This document shows, one piece after another, positions 1 to 10,669 of a stretch of DNA of 24,558 nucleotides. The DNA is from a virus, in the UHGV virus genome UHGV-0105381, one strand, 5' to 3'. Under the pieces are notes generated by a model that saw only the letters and a list, made by a program, of their open reading frames with translations, had not been told where the DNA came from and did no database searches. How positions within the stretch are numbered: position 1 is the first letter of the stretch; every line of letters begins with the position of its first letter. The position numbers and the translations under genes are program-made.

Positions 1-8
1 GGGGCATA

Positions 9-49
9 ATTGGGGGCATTGCTGGTTCGATTGTAAATGTGCCCCCAAT
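9..49. repeat. 10-bp perfect inverted repeat ATTGGGGGCA (9-18) / TGCCCCCAAT (40-49) with 21-nt spacer, abutting the int start codon; candidate regulatory or recombination site
   Basis: Read directly from sequence; arms are exact reverse complements. Function not shown. A GGTTCGATT T-loop-like motif lies in the spacer but no tRNA stems are present. Confidence 0.6.
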
Positions 50-1336
50 ATGTCCAGAAATACCCTCAACAAATTAACAGACCGTCAGTGCAAAGCAGCT
101 AAGCCACGAGACAAAACTTATAAATTGTCTGATGGTGGTGGTCTTTATCTTGAAGTATCCCAGACCGGGTCGAAGTATTGGCGAATGAAGTATCGCCGCC
201 CATCAGATAAGAAAGAAGACAGACTTGCTTTTGGTGTATATCCAACCATTAGCTTACAAGACGCCAGAGAAAAACGAGACAACGCCAAAAAGTTGTTAGT
301 CAAGGGGATAGATCCCAAAGCAGAGCAAAGAGAAGCAAAAGCAGAAGAAAAAGGTGCATTCACTTTTGAGACAATAGGACGTCAATGGGTTGAAAGCCAC
401 CAGATGTGGAACGAAGCCCACCGAAAACGCGTACTTAGAAGCCTTGAAATGTATATTTTCCCTCACATTGGCACTTCGGATATTCGCAAACTGGAGGCGA
501 TGACAATTTTACCTTTGTTTAAGAAGGTAGATGACGCCGGGAAACACGATACAGCCAACCGACTTAAACAACGAGTTAAGGACATCATACATAGCGCCCG
601 TCTGAGCGGCATTAAGACAGAAATCATCACGAATGATCTCGATGTCCGGTTAATGCAATATGAAACTAAGCATCATGCCGCACTACATCCCAGAGATTTA
701 CCAGACTTTTTCACTCGATTGGGCAGCTTTAAAGGTAATCCTCTTACCCGCCTTGCCATTGAGCTAACCATGTTGACCTTTGTTCGTTCAAGCGAGTTAA
801 GGTTTGCCCGTTGGAAAGAGTTTGACCTTGATCGGGCTGAGTGGATTATCCCTAAAAAAAGAGAGCCTATCGATGGTGTGAGGTTTTCCACCCGTGGCAC
901 AAAGACGGGAAAAGACGAACATATCGTGCTTCTTAGCCGTCAGGCTGTTTCTATTGTAAAGCAGTTGAGAGAACTAAGCGGAAGCTACGATGTTGTGTTT
1001 CCGAATGAAAGAAACACCAAAGGCGTGATGAGTGAAAACACGGTAAACAAGGCATTACGCTTAATGGGCTATAACACGCAAGAGGACGTAACTGGACATG
1101 GATTCCGTGCCACAGCCTGTAGTTCCCTGATGGAGTCCGGTTTGTGGCAGGAGGACGCAGTAGAGCGCCAGATGAGCCACAAAGAATATAAAGACGTTAA
1201 AAGAGCCTACAAGCACAAGGCTGATTACTTAGAAGAGCGCAAACTAATGCTTCAATGGTGGGCAGATTATCTGGACGCCAATCGAGAAATACACATAAGC
1301 CCTTACGAGTTCGGAAGGAGAACACGCCGTGACTAA
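50..1336 (+). CDS. int: Tyrosine recombinase / integrase, P4-like type with N-terminal arm-binding domain
   Basis: 428-aa ORF; N-terminal region (KLTDRQCKAAKP...YKLSDGGGLYLEV...KYWRMKYR) typical of P4-family integrases; C-terminal HGFRAT (H-x-x-R box) followed by conserved Tyr region. Family assignment recalled, not searched. Confidence 0.9.
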   Translation: MSRNTLNKLTDRQCKAAKPRDKTYKLSDGGGLYLEVSQTGSKYWRMKYRRPSDKKEDRLAFGVYPTISLQDAREKRDNAKKLLVKGIDPKAEQREAKAEEKGAFTFETIGRQWVESHQMWNEAHRKRVLRSLEMYIFPHIGTSDIRKLEAMTILPLFKKVDDAGKHDTANRLKQRVKDIIHSARLSGIKTEIITNDLDVRLMQYETKHHAALHPRDLPDFFTRLGSFKGNPLTRLAIELTMLTFVRSSELRFARWKEFDLDRAEWIIPKKREPIDGVRFSTRGTKTGKDEHIVLLSRQAVSIVKQLRELSGSYDVVFPNERNTKGVMSENTVNKALRLMGYNTQEDVTGHGFRATACSSLMESGLWQEDAVERQMSHKEYKDVKRAYKHKADYLEERKLMLQWWADYLDANREIHISPYEFGRRTRRD

Positions 1337-2069
1337 GATGACAGGACTAGATGCGTTTTATAACGAGTCAGAAGATAAAATCTGGTTTGGTAATCTGATC
1401 AGCGAACTGGCAAGACTAAACAATGAAAATGAAAGAATGATAGCTGCCGCTATCTTAAGTAACTACAGATTGAGCAAGACTAAACCAGATACTTTAGGGG
1501 GGCTGGGCTTTTATCAGTTCGATTGGGTATCTGGTTTTACGACTAATGAAGACTTTGAAAAGCAGAGTGTGGAGTTTTTAGGTCTTCTGGCTATGGGGCA
1601 TGAATACAGGGAGAGCCCGATACCGGGGGAAGAAGGGACTTTCAACGTTAGGAAAGGAGAAGACTTTTTATATCACGATGATGAGGATGATTGGTATGGG
1701 TCTTACGATTCGTTTTATTTCAAGCGGTCCGAGCTTGTGAGCTTCTTCCCAGAACTGGAAGATCACAACATTGATGAACCGATAGCAGAGGAAACAGAAA
1801 GTGGGTCGCTCCCCAGTGACTGGCGCGGCAAAAACACCGCCTGGAAAATGATTGCTGGGCTGGCGATTGCTTTATATGAATCCAGCGAGGACGTTAGAAA
1901 GAATGGAAAGCTCAACCAGTCCGCGGTGTGCGAGAAAGCAGCAAACAACATCGCAAAGTACAGTGAAGAATACAATGATGCTGGCATGACCATGGATAAT
2001 CTAAGAACGCTTCTAAAAAAGACTTTGCAGCGGCACGCACCCAATTTTTTGGGAAAGATAACCAAGTAA
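1329..2069 (+). CDS. Hypothetical acidic protein, translationally coupled to int (alternative ATG start at 1338)
   Basis: 246-aa ORF; GTG at 1329 has AAGGAG about 8 nt upstream and overlaps the int stop (TAA 1334-1336). Asp/Glu-rich central region; no motif recognised. Confidence 0.55.
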   Translation: MTKMTGLDAFYNESEDKIWFGNLISELARLNNENERMIAAAILSNYRLSKTKPDTLGGLGFYQFDWVSGFTTNEDFEKQSVEFLGLLAMGHEYRESPIPGEEGTFNVRKGEDFLYHDDEDDWYGSYDSFYFKRSELVSFFPELEDHNIDEPIAEETESGSLPSDWRGKNTAWKMIAGLAIALYESSEDVRKNGKLNQSAVCEKAANNIAKYSEEYNDAGMTMDNLRTLLKKTLQRHAPNFLGKITK

Positions 2070-2225
2070 AATAATTGATGTTCCCAAATTAGCTGGAGAG
2101 ACGAAAACAAACGCCCAATTTGGGACAATTCCTTTCCCGAAAACTTTTTCTCCAAATTCACAGAAAACTTAAAAAAACAATGATTTACTATCTCACATAG
2201 TCAAGCAACGTATTACGAGGTAGAT

Positions 2226-2417
2226 ATGAAAAAGTCGCTGATTCGGCTATCTGAGGTTTTGAAACGCACTGGCTATAGCAAGGCGTGGGTATATGCTCTG
2301 ATGAGCCGAGGACAATTCCCCCAATCAGTCAAGATTGGTTCTCGCGCAATAGCTTTTATTGAAAGCGAGATCGATGACTGGATCGATCAACGTATAGCCG
2401 AATCGCGTAGCAACTAA
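2226..2417 (+). CDS. alpA: AlpA-family phage transcriptional regulator / excisionase-like DNA-binding protein
   Basis: 63-aa ORF with RLSEVLKRTGYSKAWVYALMSRGQFPQSVKIGSRAIAFIESEIDDWI, matching the AlpA (Phage_AlpA) pattern; GAGGT RBS 7 nt upstream. Confidence 0.85.
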   Translation: MKKSLIRLSEVLKRTGYSKAWVYALMSRGQFPQSVKIGSRAIAFIESEIDDWIDQRIAESRSN

Positions 2418-2465
2418 AGAACAGAAACAAACAGGATACAAACAATACGTTATTAGGTATTAAGA

Positions 2466-2657
2466 ATGCAGTTGAAACCTACCAATCAAAAACTGAACGT
2501 AACCCATGTTGATTTTGAAACCTTCGCGGCACTGATTAGGTCAGAGCCACAAAAGGTGAGCACCAGCACCTGGGTTTATGATGTGAAATCCACCAGCGGT
2601 GGAAAAGCTATCGGCATTGCCTCTGGCGATGATTACTTAGTAATAGATCTGATTTAA
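2466..2657 (+). CDS. Small hypothetical protein
   Basis: 63-aa ORF in the same orientation as neighbours; weak RBS; no motif recognised. Confidence 0.35.
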   Translation: MQLKPTNQKLNVTHVDFETFAALIRSEPQKVSTSTWVYDVKSTSGGKAIGIASGDDYLVIDLI

Positions 2658-2682
2658 TCGCACAAAAATTGTAGAGTAATTT

Positions 2683-2704
2683 GGGGAGACAGGAAGTCTC
2701 CCCC
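2683..2704 (+). terminator. Hairpin GGGGAGAC-aggaag-GTCTCCCC followed by a T-containing tract; possible intrinsic terminator
   Basis: 8-bp perfect stem read from sequence, downstream of the 2466-2657 ORF; the U-tract is interrupted, so termination is uncertain. Confidence 0.4.
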
Positions 2705-2738
2705 GTATTGCATTTTGGTACAACAGTAAGGGAATAAA

Positions 2739-2933
2739 ATGATTAATTACCTGACCGTTAAAGACGCAGCAGAATATCTTGGCGTCTGTCTGTCACGCTT
2801 CTATCAGTTAAAGCGATATATCCCAAGCTTTCCTCCCTATATAAATCAGACCATCAATGGACGCAAGCGCCGGGTGTGGCTTGCCTCCAGCCTTGATCAA
2901 TTTGCCGACAGATTTCTGGGGGGACGAAAATGA
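2739..2933 (+). CDS. Small helix-turn-helix DNA-binding protein (excisionase/MerR-like HTH)
   Basis: 64-aa ORF; LTVKDAAEYLGVCLSRFYQL resembles Xis-type HTH; AAGGGA RBS; stop overlaps next ORF start (ATGA). Confidence 0.55.
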   Translation: MINYLTVKDAAEYLGVCLSRFYQLKRYIPSFPPYINQTINGRKRRVWLASSLDQFADRFLGGRK

Positions 2934-3316
2934 GCACTCTTACACGCTCTCAGGTCGCCGCGAATATACGCGATAGCCTACTAAGTGGCAGGAAGCTTAC
3001 CCCAAAGGAGTTTGACGACATATTAAGGAAAGCCGGAAATCACGAACGTAGTCGCGTTTTAACGCTGTTACGCAACGATTGGGGAATTCCTGTTGAGCAG
3101 TTTAAAACAGGGGCGTATCACGTCACAGAACGCAATTTAGAAGCATACCACAGCGATAAAGACGAAACATTGAAGATCTGGAGGACGAACGCCAGATATG
3201 TAAAGACATTGCGTAAGGTAAACATAACGTTGTCGTTGTTGCGTGGGCTGGTGGGCAAAGTGCCTGAAGACACGCTTAGAACTGTTTACAAGGGTATTGA
3301 AACCAAATACCTGTGA
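2930..3316 (+). CDS. Hypothetical protein
   Basis: 128-aa ORF translationally coupled to the upstream HTH gene; no recognised motif. Confidence 0.5.
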   Translation: MSTLTRSQVAANIRDSLLSGRKLTPKEFDDILRKAGNHERSRVLTLLRNDWGIPVEQFKTGAYHVTERNLEAYHSDKDETLKIWRTNARYVKTLRKVNITLSLLRGLVGKVPEDTLRTVYKGIETKYL

Positions 3317-3328
3317 TTGACAAAGCAG

Positions 3329-3355
3329 AAAGCCGACTTTGCGAGAGTCGGCTTT
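3329..3355 (+). terminator. Hairpin AAAGCCGACT-ttgcgag-AGTCGGCTTT; possible terminator after the 2930-3316 gene
   Basis: 10-bp stem read from sequence; 3' arm ends in TTT but no long U-tract follows. Confidence 0.4.
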
Positions 3356-3384
3356 GAATCAATTGAAATATATGAACTTTACAC

Positions 3385-5150
<1,766 letters not shown>

Positions 5151-5269
5151 TGGAGCACCTGTGTTGTTCTGAGGTGAGCATATCACCTCTGTTCAGGTGG
5201 CCAAATTCAGTGTGCCACTTCAGCCACTTCATGAACTAGACGGCAGTTGAGTCGCTTGGGTGGTGATTA

Positions 5270-5503
5270 CTATTCTGCTTCAAACTCAGAAATTAGTTGA
5301 TGAACACGTTCAGTATATGATGGGTTAGAACCTAGAAACTCTTCCACTGTCTGAATGGTTTCATCATCCTCCCATTCAAAATGGCTCACAGGTGACGAAT
5401 GACCCGTCCTGACTTGGTAGGAGCCATTGTCCAATTTGTCTAGGAAGATATAAGTTTCATTATCATGACCCGTATTTCGGTAAAAAATTTGCTTTGAGTT
5501 CAT
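5270..5503 (-). CDS. Small acidic hypothetical protein, divergent from the terminase small subunit gene
   Basis: 77-aa ORF with a GAGGAT RBS about 8 nt upstream of the ATG; no recognised motif. Confidence 0.45.
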   Translation of the reverse strand: MNSKQIFYRNTGHDNETYIFLDKLDNGSYQVRTGHSSPVSHFEWEDDETIQTVEEFLGSNPSYTERVHQLISEFEAE

Positions 5504-5527
5504 TAAAGAAATCCTCTAGAGAAAACT

Positions 5528-6055
5528 ATGGCACTCACCGACAAGCAAGAAATGTTCTGTCGCGAGTACCTCATCGATTTAAACGCCACGCAAGCGGCTA
5601 TTCGGGCGGGGTACAGCGCAAAAACAGCCAACCGTACCGCATCCGAAAACCTGTCAAAACCTGACATACAATTCAGAATCTCCGAATTGAAAGCACAACG
5701 CAATGACTCTGTTGGAATAAATGCAGAATACGTACTTAATCGCCTTCTTGAAATCGACCAGATGGATGTGCTCGACATTCTCCTGCAAAACGGTGAGTTA
5801 AAGCCCATTAAAGACTGGCCTAAAGTATGGCGCACAACGCTATCAGGAATGGATGTCGTGGAGATGGTATCCGCAGATAGTTCCGCACTTCTGAAGAAAA
5901 TCAAATGGCCAGATAAGGTCAAAAACCTCGAACTTCTTGGTAAGCATGTTTCCGTTCAGGCATTTAAAGAACAAGCTTCTCATGAGCTAACCGGCAAAGA
6001 CGGCGGCGCAATCCAGATTGAAACATCACCGATGAGCACTCTATTCGGAAAATGA
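5528..6055 (+). CDS. Terminase small subunit (HTH-containing, Terminase_2-like)
   Basis: 175-aa ORF immediately upstream of, and overlapping, the large terminase; N-terminal KQEMFCREYLIDLNATQAAIRAGYS motif typical of small terminases. Confidence 0.85.
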   Translation: MALTDKQEMFCREYLIDLNATQAAIRAGYSAKTANRTASENLSKPDIQFRISELKAQRNDSVGINAEYVLNRLLEIDQMDVLDILLQNGELKPIKDWPKVWRTTLSGMDVVEMVSADSSALLKKIKWPDKVKNLELLGKHVSVQAFKEQASHELTGKDGGAIQIETSPMSTLFGK

Positions 6056-7467
6056 CCTCGATTAATCCTATCTTTGAACCGTTCATTGAGGCGCATCGCT
6101 ACAAAGTCGCCAAAGGCGGTCGAGGTAGCGGTAAGTCATGGGCAATTGCGAGGCTGCTTGTTGAAGCGGCGCGTCGGCAGCCTGTGCGCATCCTCTGTGC
6201 TCGTGAACTGCAAAACAGTATCAGCGATTCGGTAATCCGGTTGCTTGAAGACACCATCGAGCGGGAAGGGTATTCGGCTGAGTTTGAAATTCAGCGTTCA
6301 ATGATTCGTCATCTCGGAACGAATGCTGAATTCATGTTCTACGGCATCAAAAACAACCCGACGAAGATTAAATCGCTCGAAGGCATTGATATCTGCTGGG
6401 TGGAAGAAGCGGAAGCGGTAACGAAGGAATCATGGGATATCCTGATCCCAACCATCCGTAAGCCGTTCTCTGAAATATGGGTGAGCTTTAACCCGAAGAA
6501 CATCCTCGACGATACCTATCAGCGATTCGTCGTAAATCCTCCCGATGATATTTGCCTGCTGACGGTGAACTACACCGACAACCCGCACTTTCCTGAAGTT
6601 CTCCGTCTGGAGATGGAAGAGTGCAAACGCAGAAATCCGACACTGTATCGTCACATCTGGCTTGGTGAGCCAGTAAGCGCAAGTGATATGGCAATCATCA
6701 AACGTGAATGGCTTGAAGCCGCAACCGATGCGCACAAGAAACTCGGATGGAAAGCGAAAGGCGCGGTTGTCTCTGCGCATGACCCGTCAGATACAGGGCC
6801 AGATGCTAAAGGTTACGCATCGCGTCACGGTTCGGTGGTTAAGCGCATTGCCGAAGGTCTGCTGATGGACATCAACGAGGGTGCTGACTGGGCTACTTCG
6901 CTGGCGATTGAAGACGGCGCTGACCATTACCTGTGGGATGGTGATGGTGTTGGTGCCGGGCTACGCAGACAGACAACGGAAGCGTTCTCCGGTAAGAAAA
7001 TCACCGCCACGATGTTTAAGGGTAGTGAATCGCCATTCGATGAAGATGCGCCTTATCAGGCCGGAGCATGGGCTGATGAAGTCGTACAGGGCGACAACGT
7101 TCGCACTGTTGGCGATGTGTTCCGCAATAAGCGAGCGCAATTCTATTACGCACTGGCTGACAGGCTGTATCTGACATATCGGGCGGTTGTCCACGGTGAG
7201 TATGCAGACCCCGACGACATGCTGAGCTTCGACAAAGAAGCGATAGGCGAGAAGATGCTGGAGAAGCTGTTTGCAGAACTGACGCAGATTCAGCGCAAAT
7301 TCAATAATAACGGGAAGCTGGAGCTTATGACTAAGGTCGAAATGAAGCAGAAGCTCGGTATTCCATCTCCTAACCTGGCTGATGCGCTGATGATGTGTAT
7401 GCATTGCCCGGAGTCGGCTGCGCAACCCGACTATTCCAGTTACTCAATTCCTTGTGGTGTAGGTTGA
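6052..7467 (+). CDS. Terminase large subunit (ATPase/nuclease)
   Basis: 471-aa ORF with Walker A GGRGSGKS and Walker B-like ICWVEE; size and order match Sf6/P22-type large terminases (recalled). Confidence 0.95.
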   Translation: MTSINPIFEPFIEAHRYKVAKGGRGSGKSWAIARLLVEAARRQPVRILCARELQNSISDSVIRLLEDTIEREGYSAEFEIQRSMIRHLGTNAEFMFYGIKNNPTKIKSLEGIDICWVEEAEAVTKESWDILIPTIRKPFSEIWVSFNPKNILDDTYQRFVVNPPDDICLLTVNYTDNPHFPEVLRLEMEECKRRNPTLYRHIWLGEPVSASDMAIIKREWLEAATDAHKKLGWKAKGAVVSAHDPSDTGPDAKGYASRHGSVVKRIAEGLLMDINEGADWATSLAIEDGADHYLWDGDGVGAGLRRQTTEAFSGKKITATMFKGSESPFDEDAPYQAGAWADEVVQGDNVRTVGDVFRNKRAQFYYALADRLYLTYRAVVHGEYADPDDMLSFDKEAIGEKMLEKLFAELTQIQRKFNNNGKLELMTKVEMKQKLGIPSPNLADALMMCMHCPESAAQPDYSSYSIPCGVG

Positions 7468-7468
7468 T

Positions 7469-9667
7469 ATGGCAGAAAAAAAGATGACTGACTGGCATCG
7501 CAAGGTGCTGTGCAACTTTGATAATGCCTGGTCAGCAACGCAGGATATGCGTGAGCAGATTATTGAGGCTCAACGTTTCGTCCGGGTGTCCGGCGCACAG
7601 TGGGAAGGCAGCACAAACGCTGGTTACTCATTTGATGAAGGCAGGTTTGAGCATTACCCGCGCTTTGAACTGAATAAGATTGCCCGTGAATGTGATCGCA
7701 TCATTGGCGAGTATCGACAGAATCGCATCAGCGTTAAATTCAGGCCGAAGGACGATAAGGCATCGGAAGCGTTGGCCGAAAAGATGAACGGCAAATTCCG
7801 CGCTGACTATCAGGAAACATCCGGTGGCGAAGCGTGTGATAACGCATTTGATGATGCTGTAACGGGTGGATTCGGTTGTTTCCGCATGTGTGCCGATTAC
7901 GAAGATGAAATGGATCCGAGTAACGAGCAACGCCGTATAAGCCTTCTTCCTGTTTACGACCCAGCGACATGCGTCTTCTTTGATCAGGACAGCAAGCAAT
8001 ATGACCGCTCTGATGCTATGTGGGCTATGGAAATGTTCTCCATGACGCCCAAAGCGTTCGAGGCTGAATACCCTGATTCCATCGCGGCAAGCCTTTCTCG
8101 TGATGACACTGGCACTCAATATGACTGGTCAACGCCCGATGCCATCTATGTTGGACGCTACTACGAAGTTCGCATAGAGAAGGTGAAGCTCACGGCGTGG
8201 CGCAACCCTGTTAGCGGAGAAACGGCAATCTATGATGAAGAGCAAATCAAAGATGTTGTCGACGAGCTAACCGATGGCGCATTCGAACTGATTGGTGAGC
8301 GAACGGTGAAGAAACGCCGCGTTTATTGCGGCCTTCTGTCTGGCGCTGAATGGCTGGAAGAACCGAAGCGTATTCCGGGCGAACATATTCCTCTCATCCC
8401 GGTATATGGGCGTCGCTCATTTGTTGATAATCAGGAGCGAATCGAAGGCCACGCAGCAAAAGCGATGGATGCACAGCGTCTTGAGAACCTGATGGTTTCC
8501 ATGATTGCAGATAACGCTACTCAGGCTGGCGGTGATGGCATTCCTGTAGTTGATGTTGACATGATTCCTGGTCCTCTCGCCAATCATTGGGCGGAGCGCA
8601 ACAAAAAGCGCCCGGCGTTCCTGCCGATGGTAAGTCTGAAAAACAAAAACGGAGATATTACTGCGCAGGCTCAGGTCAGCAGTTATACACCTCCAACACA
8701 AATGCCTCCTGCTCTTGCCGGGCTATTACAGTACACCGGAACGGCTATTCAGCAAATTACAGGTGCGTCGCAGCTTGAGAACATGCCGAGCAACGTCGCT
8801 ACCGATACCGTTGATAGCATCTTTAACAGGATGGACACGCAGTCATATATCTACATGGACAACATGGCTAAATCCATGCGTCGCGCTGGCGTTGTGTGGC
8901 TTTCTATGGCGCGTGAGGTCTATGGCAGCGATACGCCAATGCGCATCGTTAATGAGGACGGCAGCGATGACGTGGCGCTGATGACTGGTGAAGTGGTTGA
9001 CCGTCAGACAGGGCAGGTTATCGCGCTTAACGACCTTTCGCAGGGTAACTATGAAGTGACTGTCGATGTCGGTCAGTCGTTCGCTACTCGCCGTGATGCA
9101 ACGGTTAAGTCGTTACTTTCCATGCTGGCACTTATCCCACCAGGAACGCCGAAGCACGACCTTGTATCGTCGATGATTCTCGACAATATGGACGGCGAAG
9201 GGATGGACGATCTTAAAGAATACAACCGCAATCAGTTGCTTCTGTCTGGAGTTATCAAGCCGAGAACACCAGAAGAACAGCAGATGGTTGAGCAGGCGAA
9301 ACAACAACAGGCCAGTCAGCCGGATCCGGCTATGGTTGCAGCGCAAGGTCAGCTTCTTGCTGGTCAGGCTGAATTGCAGAAAGCGCAGAACGAACAGGCA
9401 GCCATTCAGGTTAAAGCATTCCAGGCACAGACTGATGCTCAGGTTGCTGCGGCAAACGTTGTGAAAATCCTCGCATCTGCCGATAGCCAGCAGAAATCTG
9501 ATATCCGCGAGGCTCTGAAACTGCTCGGACAGTTCCAGCAACAGCAAGGAGACAATGCCCGTGCTGATGCAGAGCTTGTCCTGAAAAGTCAGGCGCAGGG
9601 ACATGCACAACGCATGGACATCAGCAGCATCCTGCAAAAATCAACTCAGCAACAACCACAGCAATAA
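7469..9667 (+). CDS. Portal protein (P22 gp1-like)
   Basis: 732-aa ORF; segments (KRRRVY, GEHIPLIPVYG, PEEQQ...QPDPAMVAAQGQLLAGQAELQKAQNEQ, ARADAELVLK...HAQRMDISSILQ) match recalled P22 portal including the C-terminal barrel region. Confidence 0.95.
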   Translation: MAEKKMTDWHRKVLCNFDNAWSATQDMREQIIEAQRFVRVSGAQWEGSTNAGYSFDEGRFEHYPRFELNKIARECDRIIGEYRQNRISVKFRPKDDKASEALAEKMNGKFRADYQETSGGEACDNAFDDAVTGGFGCFRMCADYEDEMDPSNEQRRISLLPVYDPATCVFFDQDSKQYDRSDAMWAMEMFSMTPKAFEAEYPDSIAASLSRDDTGTQYDWSTPDAIYVGRYYEVRIEKVKLTAWRNPVSGETAIYDEEQIKDVVDELTDGAFELIGERTVKKRRVYCGLLSGAEWLEEPKRIPGEHIPLIPVYGRRSFVDNQERIEGHAAKAMDAQRLENLMVSMIADNATQAGGDGIPVVDVDMIPGPLANHWAERNKKRPAFLPMVSLKNKNGDITAQAQVSSYTPPTQMPPALAGLLQYTGTAIQQITGASQLENMPSNVATDTVDSIFNRMDTQSYIYMDNMAKSMRRAGVVWLSMAREVYGSDTPMRIVNEDGSDDVALMTGEVVDRQTGQVIALNDLSQGNYEVTVDVGQSFATRRDATVKSLLSMLALIPPGTPKHDLVSSMILDNMDGEGMDDLKEYNRNQLLLSGVIKPRTPEEQQMVEQAKQQQASQPDPAMVAAQGQLLAGQAELQKAQNEQAAIQVKAFQAQTDAQVAAANVVKILASADSQQKSDIREALKLLGQFQQQQGDNARADAELVLKSQAQGHAQRMDISSILQKSTQQQPQQ

Positions 9668-9757
9668 TTAACCCATAACGTGCAATGGCTGTCTTTATGA
9701 GGCCTGGCACCCTATTGCCTTCCGATGGGCTGAACATCGAGTAAACAGGGGTAACAA

Positions 9758-10651
9758 ATGGACCAGATGGCAGAAAACACACCAGAAGTTGAAATCGAAA
9801 CCGACGCGTCAGAGCAGATTCCTGATGATGTCGAACTGGCTGAAGAAGTCGAAACAGAAGATGGCAGTGAGTCCTCCGGCAATGGTGCAGAGGAAGCTAG
9901 TGAAACTGATGACGACGAATCAGAACAGGAATTCTACTTTGGTGACGAAAAGCTGGATTCGCCAACCAGCGAAGATGGCGCAGAGCATGGACTGGTAAAA
10001 CACCTGCGCAAGACGATTAAAGAGAAAGACCGCGAGCTGAAAGAGCTGATGCGTCAGTCTCAGAAACCCGTCGAGCAGCAGCCGGTAATCACTCTACCAC
10101 CGCGGATGCCAAAACTGGACGATGAGGACATCGGTTTCGATGAAGAAATCTACCAGCAACGCATGGCTAAGTGGGCAGAGGATAACGGCAAGTACCAGCA
10201 ACAGGAGATGGCTCGCAAGCAGAAGGAGCAGGAGCTTCAGGCTGCCTATCAAGAGCGATTATCCAAATATCAGCAACGTGTTAAGGCTCTCAAAGTTCCT
10301 GGCTATCAGGAAGCTGAGCAGGCCGTACTCGAGGAAATCCCCATCGAGACACAAAACGCGATCCTGTTTGAGTCAGAGAAGCCGGAAATCGTTGTTCTGG
10401 CGCTCGGTCGCAACGCTGAACTGCGCAAGCAACTGGCAGAAGCTACAAACCCCGTAGCAATTGGTCGTCTGCTGGAACGTATCGAATCGAAGGCCAGAAT
10501 CATGCCAAAAGCAAAAACCACGGCAGCCACAACCCCGACAGTTAAGGGGAGCAACGGCGCAGTAATCAATAACCTCGACAAACTGAAAGCCAAGGCGCTG
10601 GAAACTGGTGACTGGACGCCGTATTTCGCCGCTAAAAAGGCAAAAAAATAA
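9758..10651 (+). CDS. Scaffolding protein (P22 gp8-like)
   Basis: 297-aa ORF between portal and coat; acidic N-terminus, coiled-coil-rich, basic C-terminal tail; position and size as in P22-like phages. Confidence 0.85.
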   Translation: MDQMAENTPEVEIETDASEQIPDDVELAEEVETEDGSESSGNGAEEASETDDDESEQEFYFGDEKLDSPTSEDGAEHGLVKHLRKTIKEKDRELKELMRQSQKPVEQQPVITLPPRMPKLDDEDIGFDEEIYQQRMAKWAEDNGKYQQQEMARKQKEQELQAAYQERLSKYQQRVKALKVPGYQEAEQAVLEEIPIETQNAILFESEKPEIVVLALGRNAELRKQLAEATNPVAIGRLLERIESKARIMPKAKTTAATTPTVKGSNGAVINNLDKLKAKALETGDWTPYFAAKKAKK

Positions 10652-10669
10652 CCTATCGGAGCATTAAGC

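Noticed and set aside
21-36. tRNA T-loop-like motif GGTTCGATT near the left edge
   Set aside because: No flanking complementary T-stem or acceptor stem could be formed; it may be coincidence or a degenerate att remnant, not a tRNA gene.
2070-2225. CCCAAATT / CCCAATTTGGG motifs upstream of alpA as a possible operator
   Set aside because: The palindrome is imperfect and short, and promoter assignment could not be supported by eye; mentioned only as a place to look.
7628-8119. Antisense ORFs of 60-170 aa inside the terminase, portal, scaffold and coat genes (e.g. 6430-6780, 7628-8119, 9113-9637, 10306-10704, 11654-12201)
   Set aside because: They lie entirely within long, well-supported structural genes on the opposite strand or out of frame, lack RBSs, and have odd composition; most likely shadow ORFs.
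9240-9667. Gln/Ala-rich low-complexity C-terminus of the portal protein
   Set aside because: Matches the known C-terminal helical barrel region of P22-type portals; not a separate feature.
9758-9990. Highly acidic low-complexity N-terminus of the scaffolding protein
   Set aside because: Scaffolding proteins of P22-like phages have acidic N-terminal regions; treated as normal.
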